From: Flavobacteriales bacterium | GTDB lineage: Bacteria > Bacteroidota > Bacteroidia > Palsa-965 | Direction of reading: 5' to 3' | Assembly: GCA_040377305.1 (NCBI GenBank) | Contig: JBEIPA010000005.1 | Span: 1-64,000, forward strand | Length of the DNA: 64,000 nt | Part shown: piece by piece, positions 30,617 through 41,171 of the stretch | How positions within the stretch are numbered: the stretch's first letter is position 1 | Layout of the letters: each line of letters starts with the position of its first letter | Program-made: the position numbers and the translations under genes | The notes under the pieces: model-generated | Told to the model about the DNA's origin: nothing | Database searches by the model: none | The model's input: only the letters and a program-made list of their open reading frames with translations

Positions 30617-31704
30617 GCAAACAACTGACAGATCGTGTTGAGTTTGATTTTATCCGCTATGCAAATTGCTGGGAGGATGGCGATCTGCTCGTTGAAGCCT
30701 TGCAGGTGAAGCCAGATGATCGCGTGTTGTCGATTGCATCGGCGGGCGATAATAGTTTTGCTTTGCTCGCTCAGCAACCGGAACTTGTTGTTGCGGTAGA
30801 TATTAACCCGGTGCAGCTGCATCTCTGTGAACTAAAAAAAGCCGCTTTTACATTGGCAGATCATACAGCTTTTTTGAGCTTCCTTGGTTTTGCTCCCGGG
30901 ATTAATCGTCTTGAAATATACAAGACACTTCGCCCGCAACTTTCTGCTGAAGCTCAAACCTGGTGGGACGCGCATACTGATCTTATTCAGGGAGGCATTG
31001 TTTCCCAGGGAAAATTTGAGCGCTATTTTGCTTATTTCCGGACTCGTTTGTTACCGTTGATCCATTCGAAAAAAACGATTGCAAAACTTTTTGAAGTAAA
31101 AACAAGCGCCGCGCAAAAAGAATTTTACGATAAACATTGGAATACATGGCGGTGGCGTTTGTTCTTCCGCATCTTTTTTAGCCGTTATGTAATGGGTAAA
31201 TACGGTCGCGATCCTGAATTTATGACGGAAGTGAAAGTAACCGTGTCGGAATATATTTTCGGTAAGGCTGAATCGCATCTGATAAAACCCGAAGCGCAGC
31301 AGAATCTTTACCTGCATCATATCCTGGCCGGAACATTTGCGCCCCAGCTTCCTTTGTACGCGCGTAAAGAATATTTCGATGTGATCCGCGGCAATCTTGA
31401 TCGCTTCGTTGTTTTTAAGGGTTACGCGGAAGATGCCATTCGTTCACATGGAAATTTCTCCGCATTTAACCTTTCAAACATTTTCGAATATCTGCCATCG
31501 AATACTTGCAAAACTATCGGTGAAAATCTTTGTGCCGGCGCTACAGAAAATGCAAGATTCGCTTATTGGAATTTAATGGTGCCACGACGCTTGTCGGCAA
31601 TGCTTCCCGGGCAGTTGCAATACGATGAAATGAGATCAGATGCGCTGATGCAAAAGGATAACGGATTTTTTTACCGCCAATTTATTCTTGATCGAACAGT
31701 ATGA
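30613..31704 (+). CDS. DUF3419 / BtaA-like SAM-dependent 3-amino-3-carboxypropyl transferase
   Basis: YANCWED, SIASAGDN, VDINPVQ...ELK, GKFE, LSNIFEY. Confidence 0.85.
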   Translation: MSKQLTDRVEFDFIRYANCWEDGDLLVEALQVKPDDRVLSIASAGDNSFALLAQQPELVVAVDINPVQLHLCELKKAAFTLADHTAFLSFLGFAPGINRLEIYKTLRPQLSAEAQTWWDAHTDLIQGGIVSQGKFERYFAYFRTRLLPLIHSKKTIAKLFEVKTSAAQKEFYDKHWNTWRWRLFFRIFFSRYVMGKYGRDPEFMTEVKVTVSEYIFGKAESHLIKPEAQQNLYLHHILAGTFAPQLPLYARKEYFDVIRGNLDRFVVFKGYAEDAIRSHGNFSAFNLSNIFEYLPSNTCKTIGENLCAGATENARFAYWNLMVPRRLSAMLPGQLQYDEMRSDALMQKDNGFFYRQFILDRTV

Positions 31705-32432
31705 ACATGCAATTTGCATATTGCCTTATCCTTGGTGGATGTTTTCTCGCGCTTTTCGCGTTAGGCGAATTCTTATATCGCGTTGTAAAAGTGCAGGCAG
31801 AATACACGCGTAAGCTGATCCATGTCGGGACGGGATTACTTACGCTGCTTTTCCCGGTTTTCCTGGAGAACCATTGGTATGTTTTGCTTTTATGCAGCAT
31901 GTTCGCGGTGATATTAACGCTCAGTATGAAGTTCAAATTTCTGCCTTCTATCAACGCGATCGATCGGAAGTCACACGGAAGCATTTCTTATCCTATTGCC
32001 GTTTATTGTATTTTTTTGTTTTACGCTTATGGCTACACAGATGAGTGGACCCACCAATATGAAAAACAAACCGCATTTTATTTTATACCCATCCTTACCC
32101 TGGCCATTTGTGATCCCCTTGCCGCACTGGCAGGAAAACGTTTCCCGATCAAATTCTATAGGGTTGGTGAAGGAAATAAATCATTCGGAGGTTCAATTGC
32201 ATTTTTTATTTCAGCAGCATTGATCTGTTTAATTATTGTCTATGGCGGTCTTGCAGGAATACATGCGCTTTCCAGTGCATTGATCATGTCGTTAGTCATA
32301 GCTTTGCTCACAACACTTGCCGAAGCTGTCAGCCGCAACGGATTCGACAACCTTACAATTCCGGCTACAGCAATGCTTGTTTTGTATCTGTTTTCACACT
32401 TCACGGATCTTTATCATACTATTCATCGCTGA
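31701..32432 (+). CDS. CTP-dependent phytol/dolichol kinase-like (CTP_transf_1 superfamily) membrane protein
   Basis: RKLIH, DPLAALAG, KSFGGS, DNLTIP motifs. Confidence 0.85.
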   Translation: MNMQFAYCLILGGCFLALFALGEFLYRVVKVQAEYTRKLIHVGTGLLTLLFPVFLENHWYVLLLCSMFAVILTLSMKFKFLPSINAIDRKSHGSISYPIAVYCIFLFYAYGYTDEWTHQYEKQTAFYFIPILTLAICDPLAALAGKRFPIKFYRVGEGNKSFGGSIAFFISAALICLIIVYGGLAGIHALSSALIMSLVIALLTTLAEAVSRNGFDNLTIPATAMLVLYLFSHFTDLYHTIHR

Positions 32433-33439
32433 TGCTTTCGGTCGAAACGTTTTTGCCATCACAAACGCACCGGCTTTTTGCTGAGTTGCCGCCGGTATTG
32501 TACCCGGCAATTTTACTTCCCCTGCAACGCACAGGTGATACGATCAACATGCAATATGCAGCTGCGGGAATTGCCGTGCTGGAAAACGGAAAGATTGCCG
32601 GGCGATTGGTTCTGTACGCTGCTACCGGAATTTTAATGGGTGGAAAAAAGACACTTGTGCTTGGAAATTATGAGTGTATCAATAATCAACAAGCGGCGGC
32701 GCATTTACTTGAAGCCGCTGAACACTTTGCCCGCATGGAGGGATTTGAAATCCTTCTCGGTCCAATGAATGGAACAACATGGGACACTTATCGTTTTTGT
32801 ACAAATCCAGAAGCGGGATCATTTTTTTCAGAGATGGTACATCAACCGTATTACCCGGGACAATGGGAACAAGCGGGATTTAAGTCCATCGCAGATTATA
32901 TTTCCACCATCGACAAAAATAAAAGTTGCGATAACGAAGCCACACTCCAGGCAGAAAACAAATTGATCGCAAACGGCATCCGTTTCCGAAACATTAATCT
33001 CGCGCGTTATGAGCAGGAATTAGAAGCGCTTTTTCCTTTATGCGAAAAAGCATTTTCGCGTAATTTCCTGTACACACCCATTTCGTGGAATATTTTCAGA
33101 GAGAAATACCTTGCTGTACGTCCTTATATCGTATCCGAAATGGTTTTTATCGCTGAACGCGCAAATGGTTCATTGGCGGGTTTTGCATTTAATTTTCCCG
33201 ATCATTTATGCAAAACTGAAAAGCGAATGATCGTAAAAACCCTCGCGCGCGATCCTGAACCTGATCTGAAAGGATTGGGTGACGTGTTGGGGAATTATTC
33301 ACAACGTTTTGCGCGCGATAATAATTTCGATGCAATCATTCATGCGTTGATCTACAGCGGAAATTATTCACGCAACCTTTCGGAGCAATACAGCGCATCG
33401 GCTTTTAAACAGTATTCGCTTTATGCTAAAGAAATATGA
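32432..33439 (+). CDS. GNAT-fold protein (YghO-like)
   Basis: GNYEC...LLEAAE...GPMNGTTWDTYRF; tandem GNAT-like halves. Confidence 0.7.
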   Translation: MLSVETFLPSQTHRLFAELPPVLYPAILLPLQRTGDTINMQYAAAGIAVLENGKIAGRLVLYAATGILMGGKKTLVLGNYECINNQQAAAHLLEAAEHFARMEGFEILLGPMNGTTWDTYRFCTNPEAGSFFSEMVHQPYYPGQWEQAGFKSIADYISTIDKNKSCDNEATLQAENKLIANGIRFRNINLARYEQELEALFPLCEKAFSRNFLYTPISWNIFREKYLAVRPYIVSEMVFIAERANGSLAGFAFNFPDHLCKTEKRMIVKTLARDPEPDLKGLGDVLGNYSQRFARDNNFDAIIHALIYSGNYSRNLSEQYSASAFKQYSLYAKEI

Positions 33440-34032
33440 AGCGACGGACCAAAATATTTATCGGCGTATTGCTAACCCTTGTTGTGACCGGATGTCTCAC
33501 GATCTGGTTTAGCCCTTATGGTAAACACAACGGTTACGAGTACAAGTTGGTCTATACTTCAATTGACATTGATGTGCCGCCGGATTCAGTTTTTAAGTAT
33601 TTAGGAAATTCTGATAACGCGCAGGATTGGTCAGTGTACGTCGATCATATTATTCCGCTCAACAACGATAGTTTTCCGGATGGTGTTGCCGGTGCAAGAA
33701 GACGCTGTTTTCAAAATGCGGACGAAAAAGGGATTTGGTGGGATGAGTTAATTACAGTCGTTGAGCCCGGTAAACGCCGGCAGCTTACGATCTATAACAT
33801 GCATGATTTTCCAATAGATGCAAATGGACTTGCGACAGAACAATTGTATGAACCGCTTGCCAATGGATCAAAATGCCGGTTGACGTTTACCGTTTTCTAT
33901 TTGAATCACGAGCCATCCATCGGGGAAACACTTAAAACTTATTTTGCTGGGTATACAATTAAAAGTGTTTTTGAAAATAATCTTGCCAATATAAAGCGGC
34001 TTACCGAGGAAAAATATGCAGCAAAACAATAA
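33436..34032 (+). CDS. SRPBCC/START-domain protein with N-terminal membrane anchor
   Basis: SIDIDVPPDSVFKYL...W...GARR; C-terminal helix NLANIKRLTE. Confidence 0.8.
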   Translation: MKRRTKIFIGVLLTLVVTGCLTIWFSPYGKHNGYEYKLVYTSIDIDVPPDSVFKYLGNSDNAQDWSVYVDHIIPLNNDSFPDGVAGARRRCFQNADEKGIWWDELITVVEPGKRRQLTIYNMHDFPIDANGLATEQLYEPLANGSKCRLTFTVFYLNHEPSIGETLKTYFAGYTIKSVFENNLANIKRLTEEKYAAKQ

Positions 34033-35530
34033 CGTCAGCGAACTTTTTTTTGCAGCAGCAGAAAAATGGCCCTCGAAACCTGCGCTAATCAGTTCGGATG
34101 ATCGCGTACTTACTTTCGGTGAGCTGGCGCGTGAGGTAAATGATACGGCGGCGTATTACCGTTCGAAAGGAATCGGTAAAGGCGATCGTGTGCTGATCTT
34201 TGTGCCGATGGGAATTCCATTGTATCGTTCCTTGCTTGCGTTGTTCCGCATTGGGGCAGTTGCTATTTTTCTCGACGAGTGGGTGAGCAAAGAGCGATTG
34301 GAAGTTTGTTGCCGGCTGGCAAAATGCAAAGTTTTTATTGCACCCTTAAAATTGCGCGCGCTGGCATTGTTTTCGAAAGAAGTCCGCAAAATTCCTATCT
34401 GGCTAGGACCGGATCATAAAAAAGTTGCTGCACAAACTTTTGAACAAACTACTTCTGATGATACAGCGCTGATCACATTTACAACCGGCTCAACCGGCAT
34501 TCCAAAAGCAGCTGATCGCACGCATGGATTTCTTGCTGCGCAATTCAACGCGCTCGTTGATAAGATTCAACCGAAAATTTCAGACATCGATATGCCGGTG
34601 TTGCCAATCGTGCTGCTGTTAAATCTCGGAACCGGAGTTACCTCTGTCATTGCAGGATTTAACGCACGCAAACCCGAAACAATTGACACGAATGCAATCT
34701 GGCAACAGCTCGTTCGCCATCGTGTGAATCGATTCACTGCTTCGCCTTATGTGGTGGAACGATTGGCTGCAACAGAATTTAGCGGTAAACCGGCTATTCG
34801 TTTTTTTACCGGTGGTGCACCTGTATTTCCTATGCAGGCGAATGTAATGCTGAACGGCTTGCCGGGTTCAACCATAGAAATTGTTTATGGTTCCACCGAG
34901 GCTGAACCCATCAGTAGCATTGCAGCAACAGAGCTTGCCACACAACAGCACATGCTGGAAAATGGTTTGCCCGTGGGTGCAATTTATGAAGGAACAAAAT
35001 TGATCATTCTGCCAATCGTTGATGCGCCGGTTGAAATTGATTCTGATGATGGATTACGGAAATTATCTTTGCCCGCAGGAAGTGTCGGGGAAATTACAGT
35101 AAGTGGTGCGCATGTGCTGAAACATTATATCGATAATCCGGAAGCGGAAAAACGCAACAAAATTTTCACTGCTGAGCAAGTCTGGCACCGCACGGGCGAC
35201 GCAGGTTTTGTGGATGAAACCGGGAAACTTTTTCTCTGCGGACGTTGCAGCATGCTCATTCATGTAAACGGTAAAATGCTTGCGCCGTTTTTATGGGAAG
35301 GTTGGTTTGCCGCGCTTCCCGGCATCCGCACCGGTACGCTATTGAAAAAGGAGGAGCAGATCATTGCTGTATTAGAAGCCGGCGCAGATTGCAACAAGGA
35401 AGAAATCAAAAAACAAACAATGGAGAAATTTCCTTTCGATAAGATCATCTTCACCGAAAAAATACCGCGCGACCCAAGGCATTTTTCAAAAATTGATTAC
35501 GGGAAATTAACTGAGGAAATTAGATTTTGA
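34016..35530 (+). CDS. AMP-binding (ANL) enzyme, OleC-like
   Basis: FTTGSTGIPK, YGSTEAEP, WHRTGDAG, PRDPRHFSKIDY. Confidence 0.87.
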   Translation: MQQNNNVSELFFAAAEKWPSKPALISSDDRVLTFGELAREVNDTAAYYRSKGIGKGDRVLIFVPMGIPLYRSLLALFRIGAVAIFLDEWVSKERLEVCCRLAKCKVFIAPLKLRALALFSKEVRKIPIWLGPDHKKVAAQTFEQTTSDDTALITFTTGSTGIPKAADRTHGFLAAQFNALVDKIQPKISDIDMPVLPIVLLLNLGTGVTSVIAGFNARKPETIDTNAIWQQLVRHRVNRFTASPYVVERLAATEFSGKPAIRFFTGGAPVFPMQANVMLNGLPGSTIEIVYGSTEAEPISSIAATELATQQHMLENGLPVGAIYEGTKLIILPIVDAPVEIDSDDGLRKLSLPAGSVGEITVSGAHVLKHYIDNPEAEKRNKIFTAEQVWHRTGDAGFVDETGKLFLCGRCSMLIHVNGKMLAPFLWEGWFAALPGIRTGTLLKKEEQIIAVLEAGADCNKEEIKKQTMEKFPFDKIIFTEKIPRDPRHFSKIDYGKLTEEIRF

Positions 35531-35691
35531 TTTTCTCTATGCGCCGTTGTGTCTTAGCTTGCCTGTTGGATCTACAATTCTCCGGATTCACTGCGCTTGT
35601 TGATTGTGTAGCACCGTTGTTTTCTGAATCACAGAAATATCGCGACACTGGTGTCATTGTGCATGGTGACAAATTGAAAATCAACCGCCAA

Positions 35692-35709
35692 TCCCGATAG
35701 CTATCGGGA
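35692..35709. repeat. REP-like palindrome
   Basis: Perfect 18-bp palindrome TCCCGATAGCTATCGGGA; related TCCCGAC-N5-GTCGGGA at 23792-23810. Confidence 0.7.
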
Positions 35710-35744
35710 GCCAAAACGCCAAGAGGATTGTTGTAAATTGCGTT

Positions 35745-36620
35745 ATGCGATCGTGGTTAATGGTTCTTTTGTGCTTCGCGTCGAATATGTGCTTCGCGCA
35801 AACGAACACGCTTAGTGGTGTCGTGCAGGATTCGTTGGACAATCCGATTCCGTATGCAACCGTGGTTGAGCAGCACGGACGCGCAGGTGAAATTGCTAAC
35901 TCAGTTGGCTATTTTACGATCATCATTCCCGACTCTTTGATGAATTCAGTCATCACGATTTCTTGTCTCGGTTATGAGTCGAAACAGGTAACGATTAGCA
36001 CGTTGAAATCTGACATGACGAATACGATCGTGCTCAGGGAAAAAACAGTGGTTTTGACTCCTGTCTCTGTTGTCGCATTACAAACGAGATACTGTCCCGA
36101 TGTAGTTGGCACGAAAAAGAAACGAGCGTTCGGCAACTTTCTCATGAAGGCGGGATGGGAAATGGCGGTCCTGATTCCAACGACACTTGCCGACACCGGA
36201 TTCATTAGCGCGGTTAGATATTACATTACCAAGGAAGGCGTTCCGACTGCTCCGTTTCGTGTAAAACTGTACGACGTCGATCCTGTAACGCAACAGCCGG
36301 GCAACATTTTATTGGATCACGATACGATTGTTCATGCAGTGAAAGGGGGCCAATGGCTGGAAGTAGACCTTCGTTCATTTAATATTCCGATTCCGGCAAA
36401 TGGTTTCTTTGTAGCAATGCAATGGCTTCCAACAGCTGAGGAATATTCGAAAACACTTGGTGACAGAACAATTATTGCGAACGGACAAGCAGTTGGTTTG
36501 TACAGGGATGATACAAGGATCCACTACGTAAGAGATATGACACATGACTGGTTCTGCTTCAACCAAATTGCGGCGCAACATCCAATGTTCGGAGCTGTAC
36601 TGTCGAAGGAATGTAAATAA
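35745..36620 (+). CDS. Secreted carboxypeptidase-regulatory-like domain protein
   Basis: Signal peptide; GVVQD...PIPYATV...GYF...ISCLGY. Confidence 0.82.
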   Translation: MRSWLMVLLCFASNMCFAQTNTLSGVVQDSLDNPIPYATVVEQHGRAGEIANSVGYFTIIIPDSLMNSVITISCLGYESKQVTISTLKSDMTNTIVLREKTVVLTPVSVVALQTRYCPDVVGTKKKRAFGNFLMKAGWEMAVLIPTTLADTGFISAVRYYITKEGVPTAPFRVKLYDVDPVTQQPGNILLDHDTIVHAVKGGQWLEVDLRSFNIPIPANGFFVAMQWLPTAEEYSKTLGDRTIIANGQAVGLYRDDTRIHYVRDMTHDWFCFNQIAAQHPMFGAVLSKECK

Positions 36621-36650
36621 CCATATCCCGTTTTCGCTGGACAGTATCCC

Positions 36651-36818
36651 GGCTTTTATATTCGACCCCTTCAGGGTCGGGTTGAATCACGGGCATTTTT
36701 TCTATTAACATTGAAACCCTAACGGGGTTCACTTGCAAGCGACGCTGAAGGCGTCGAATGTTAATAGAAAAAATACGTTCTCGGTACACCGACCCTGAAG
36801 GGGTCGAATATAAAAGCC
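36651..36818. repeat. REPIN/BIME-like element with 30-bp perfect terminal inverted repeats
   Basis: GGCTTTTATATTCGACCCCTTCAGGGTCGG (36651-36680) inverted at 36789-36818; inner TTTTTTCTATTAACATT / AATGTTAATAGAAAAAA pair. Confidence 0.88.
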
Positions 36819-36829
36819 ACAATCCGTTC

Positions 36830-39800
36830 TCAGAAAGCAATCGGCGTCAACGTCCTGATCGCTGATTTCACACTCGTAATTCCCTCGAAACTCAACGTCA
36901 ACTTCTGGTTGTTCTCTTTCATCTTCACCTGACGATTCGCCTGAACGAACTGCAGCACTTTTGTAAATGCTTCTGATTGGTAATACGGAGAAGTCTGCTT
37001 CTGGATGAAGTAACCAGTCATGCGGCGATTCTTCAGCACCAGTCGTTCGAAACCGATTGCCATCGCGAGCCAACGTAAACGCACAGTATCGATGAGCTCT
37101 TCAACCTGCGAAGGAATTGCTCCGAAACGATCGCGCAGCATATTCTCGAAGCGGTTGAGATCGTCGTCTGTCTTGCTGTCATCGAGCTGACGATATAAGG
37201 AAAGTCGTTCGGTGATATTTTCCACATACCCATCCGGAATAAGAATTTCCATGTCGGTGTCGATCTGCGTGTCTCGAACGAAAATTCCGCGGTGCTTGGT
37301 GTGAACTGTTCTCTCTTCGGTGCGCAGTTCGGCTTCTTCCTGCTGGAACAAATCTTTGAACTCGGTTTCTTTGAGTTCCTGAATGGCTTCGTCGAGAATT
37401 TTCTGATACATATCGAAGCCAATATCACCAATGAAACCACTTTGTTCTCCACCCAAAAGATTTCCTGCACCTCGAATGTCGAGATCGCGCAAGGCAATAT
37501 GAAATCCGGAACCGAGATCAGAGAATTCTTCGATCGCTTTCAAACGACGTTGTGCTTCTCCGGTGAGCATGAACGCTGGCGGAGCAATCAGATAACAAAA
37601 CGCTTTCCGGTTCGACCGCCCTACCCGGCCGCGCATCTGGTGCAAATCACTCAATCCAAAATTCTGCGCGTCGTTGATGATCATCGTGTTTGCATTCGAA
37701 ACGTCCAAGCCGGATTCGATGATGGTTGTAGAAACCAGAACATCGTACTGACCTTCCACAAAATCGACCATGATTTCCTCGAGCTTGCCCGATTCCATTT
37801 GTCCGTGACCGATGGCAACACGCGCATTCGGCACAAGACGTGAAATCATTCCGGCCGTTTCGCGAATTGAACTCACGCGATTGTGTACGAAGAAGACTTG
37901 TCCGCCCCGTTGCAATTCGTAAGAAACGGCATCCCGTACTAATTCTTCACTGAACGTATGCAATTCGGTTTGTACCGGAAAACGATTCGGTGGCGGTGTG
38001 TTGATGATGCTCAAATCTCGCGCACTCATCAGCGAGAACTGAAGTGTACGCGGAATCGGTGTTGCAGTTAAGGTAAGCGTATCAACTTCTGTACGCAGTG
38101 TTTTCAGTTTGTCTTTTGCAGCAACACCAAACTTTTGCTCCTCATCGATGATGAGCAATCCAAGGTCTTTGAACTTCACGTCCTTCCCAACGATGGAATG
38201 TGTTCCGATTAGAATGTCGACTTCTCCTTTCGCGACCCTGAGCAAAGTTTCTTTTTTCTCCGCAGCAGTTCTGTAGCGATTGATGTACGCCACATTCGCA
38301 GGAAGATCCTTCAGGCGCTCGCTGAATGTTTTATAGTGTTGCAAAGCAAGAATCGTTGTGGGCACAAGCACTGCAACCTGCTTACTATCGCACACCGCTT
38401 TGAATGCAGCACGTATAGCAACTTCTGTTTTTCCGAAACCAACATCACCGCAAACGAGTCGATCCATCGGACGCTCTTTCTCCATATCGCGTTTCACATC
38501 CTGCGTTGCCTTCAGCTGATCGGGCGTGTCTTCGTAAATGAAGCTGGCTTCGAGTTCGTGTTGCAAGTAGTTATCCGGAGAAAAACGGAATCCCTTCTGC
38601 GACTTTCGCTGTGCATAAAGCTTGATCAGATCGAACGCAATTTCCTTGACGCGAATTTTCGTTTTCGCTTTCAGATTCTGCCACGCCTGTGAACCGACTT
38701 TGTCAATGCGCGGAACTTCGCCTTCTCTACCCGCAAATTTCGAAATGCGATGCAGGGAGTGAATGCTCACGTACACAATATCTCCATCGCGGTACACGAG
38801 ACGAATAGCTTCCTGCAACCTTCCACTCACCTCGATTTTCTCCAGTCCGCCGAAACGACCAACACCGTGATCGATGTGTACAACATAGTCGCCCGGATTC
38901 AATCCGCGTAATTCTTTCAGCGACATTGCCTCCTTCTTTCGCTGGAAGCCGTCGCGCAAACGGAAACGATGATATCGTTCGAAAATCTGGTGATCGGTAA
39001 AACACGCGAGCTTTAATTCATGATCACTAAAGCCTTCGTGAATCGACAACACCATTGGATGATAATCGAGCTTACGACCTATGTCTTCAAATATCTTGTA
39101 AAGTCGCTCCGACTGTTTTGCACTGTCGGTGAAAATTACGTTCGTGTATCCGGCTACCGTATTCTTCGAAAGAGCCTGGGTTAACAGATCGAAGTTCTTC
39201 TGGAAAGTTGGTTGCGGAGAAATATTGTAATCTGTTCCATCAACATCTTTAAACAGAAAACGATTTCCGAATTCGATTACGTGAAAATTCAGAATGCCTT
39301 TTCTGAACGCTTCATCGCTGATGTATTGATCGATCGGAGGTAATCGCGCAATAGCAGCATCCTTTATTTCTTCGTCATAAACTTTTTGCGCGACATCGAA
39401 TTCTTTTTGGATCGCGCCTTCGCTTTGCTCTACATCGTAGATCCAAAGGGCATTTGGAGCCTCGCCGTGACGCGCACTCTGAAAATAACTCAGGAATGAT
39501 TCGCGATTTTCTGAAAGCAGTTTGCCCTGTACGTTCGGAATGATCGTCAGGTGATCGATATTTTTCAGCGACAATTGCGTGAGTGCGTCGAATGTGCGGA
39601 TAGAATCGACTTCATCGCCGAAAAACTCCAAACGATACGGGTGTTCGTGCGCGAATGAAAACACATCGACAATTCCACCACGCACCGCGTATTGTCCGGC
39701 TTCGTAGACGTAGTCACTTCTTTCGAATCCGTACGTGTCAAGCAGATCGGTGATGAATGAAATCGATACTTTTTCTCCGCGTGAAAGTCGCAAGGTATTC

Positions 39801-40249
39801 TTCTCGAGTAGCTGTCTTGTTACCACCATTTCCGAAAGAGCATTCGGATACGTAACTACGATAACCCGTTTCTCACGACGAATTCTGTCGAGCACTTCTG
39901 CGCGCAACAAAACATTGGCGTTATCTGTTTCTTCAACCTGGTAGGGACGACGATACGACGAAGGGAAAAAGAGAACAGGAATCTGTGTTACGGTTTCTCC
40001 ATCTTCCCGTAATTCTCCCAGCAGACTTTCAAGATCGTTGAAAAAATAAGCGGCGATTTCCTTATCCGGAAGAATGAAGAGATGCGACTGAGAAGAAAGT
40101 TTCGTTGTTGCAGCTGCCACAAAAGACGCTGAAGAACCGGCTAATCCGCGGAGTTGGTAGCGATTGGGCAAAGAAGATCCCAGCACGGAAACGATTTTAC
40201 CCGTCCGTGAATCCGTCGCGACCCGCTCCAAAACTTCCCTCAACGTCAT
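36830..40249 (-). CDS. mfd: Transcription-repair coupling factor
   Basis: UvrB-like N-terminus, RID (VVHIDHGVG), [25 protein letters not shown] domain. Confidence 0.98.
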   Translation of the reverse strand: MTLREVLERVATDSRTGKIVSVLGSSLPNRYQLRGLAGSSASFVAAATTKLSSQSHLFILPDKEIAAYFFNDLESLLGELREDGETVTQIPVLFFPSSYRRPYQVEETDNANVLLRAEVLDRIRREKRVIVVTYPNALSEMVVTRQLLEKNTLRLSRGEKVSISFITDLLDTYGFERSDYVYEAGQYAVRGGIVDVFSFAHEHPYRLEFFGDEVDSIRTFDALTQLSLKNIDHLTIIPNVQGKLLSENRESFLSYFQSARHGEAPNALWIYDVEQSEGAIQKEFDVAQKVYDEEIKDAAIARLPPIDQYISDEAFRKGILNFHVIEFGNRFLFKDVDGTDYNISPQPTFQKNFDLLTQALSKNTVAGYTNVIFTDSAKQSERLYKIFEDIGRKLDYHPMVLSIHEGFSDHELKLACFTDHQIFERYHRFRLRDGFQRKKEAMSLKELRGLNPGDYVVHIDHGVGRFGGLEKIEVSGRLQEAIRLVYRDGDIVYVSIHSLHRISKFAGREGEVPRIDKVGSQAWQNLKAKTKIRVKEIAFDLIKLYAQRKSQKGFRFSPDNYLQHELEASFIYEDTPDQLKATQDVKRDMEKERPMDRLVCGDVGFGKTEVAIRAAFKAVCDSKQVAVLVPTTILALQHYKTFSERLKDLPANVAYINRYRTAAEKKETLLRVAKGEVDILIGTHSIVGKDVKFKDLGLLIIDEEQKFGVAAKDKLKTLRTEVDTLTLTATPIPRTLQFSLMSARDLSIINTPPPNRFPVQTELHTFSEELVRDAVSYELQRGGQVFFVHNRVSSIRETAGMISRLVPNARVAIGHGQMESGKLEEIMVDFVEGQYDVLVSTTIIESGLDVSNANTMIINDAQNFGLSDLHQMRGRVGRSNRKAFCYLIAPPAFMLTGEAQRRLKAIEEFSDLGSGFHIALRDLDIRGAGNLLGGEQSGFIGDIGFDMYQKILDEAIQELKETEFKDLFQQEEAELRTEERTVHTKHRGIFVRDTQIDTDMEILIPDGYVENITERLSLYRQLDDSKTDDDLNRFENMLRDRFGAIPSQVEELIDTVRLRWLAMAIGFERLVLKNRRMTGYFIQKQTSPYYQSEAFTKVLQFVQANRQVKMKENNQKLTLSFEGITSVKSAIRTLTPIAF

Positions 40250-40356
40250 TCGGGCGCAAAGGTAATGCTCAATGCGCAGTATTCAATACGCAATTCGCAA
40301 TTTTCCGCTGCTATTGTGCATTGCGAATTGTCCACTGCGCATTGTACTTTTGAGAA

Positions 40357-41079
40357 ATGTGTTATACAGTCGCCATTAACAAACGTAAAGACGAACTCGC
40401 CCGTCGCTTCAAAGCGTCATTCGATGACGTGACGTACGACGCATCGTATGCAGTGTCTGGATTTGTGCATCCGAAGTTGCCGGTGATATTCTCCGGTTCT
40501 CCGGACAAGATTGGTGTTGCACAATGGGGATTGATTCCGCATTGGGTGAAGTCGCGTGAGCAGGCCAACGAGTTGCACAACCAAACGTTGAACGCAAAGT
40601 GCGAAACGATTTTCGAAAAGCCGAGTTTTCGTTCTTGCGCTTCCGAGCGAAAATGTTGCATTCTCGTGAATGGATTTTTCGAATGGCACACGAGCGGAAA
40701 AATAAAAATACCGCATTTTATTTATCTGAAAGATCAGGAACCATTTGCGTTGGGCGGATTATGGGAAGAGTGGACAGATCCAGTAACCGGAGAACTAATC
40801 CGTACGTGTACGATAATTACAACACCTGCCAATGAGTTGATGTCGAAAATTCACAACGAGAAGTTGCGCATGCCGTTGATCATTCCGCATGGAGAAGAAA
40901 ATAAGTGGCTAAGCACAACGGGTGAAGAGGCATCAAAACAGCTGATGCTTCCCTTTGATACTACGCAGATGTTGGCGCATCCGGTTTCAAAACTTGTGAA
41001 TGGTCGCAGCGGAAACCCGAACGTTCCGGAAGTGCAGTTGCCTGTTGCGCCAGAACCAGTTCAGGGTTCTCTTTTCTGA
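40357..41079 (+). CDS. SOS response-associated peptidase (SRAP, YedK/HMCES family)
   Basis: N-terminal MC, WGLIPHW, NAKCET...KPSF, GFFEW, IH..K.RMP. Confidence 0.92.
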   Translation: MCYTVAINKRKDELARRFKASFDDVTYDASYAVSGFVHPKLPVIFSGSPDKIGVAQWGLIPHWVKSREQANELHNQTLNAKCETIFEKPSFRSCASERKCCILVNGFFEWHTSGKIKIPHFIYLKDQEPFALGGLWEEWTDPVTGELIRTCTIITTPANELMSKIHNEKLRMPLIIPHGEENKWLSTTGEEASKQLMLPFDTTQMLAHPVSKLVNGRSGNPNVPEVQLPVAPEPVQGSLF

Positions 41080-41171
41080 TTTAGTTACGGAATTTGTCCT
41101 GAAAAGGTCTTAGGAGGGACATCATTAAGACTTGCCATACTCAACACGCTGCTTGCAGCCAGAGTGTAATT

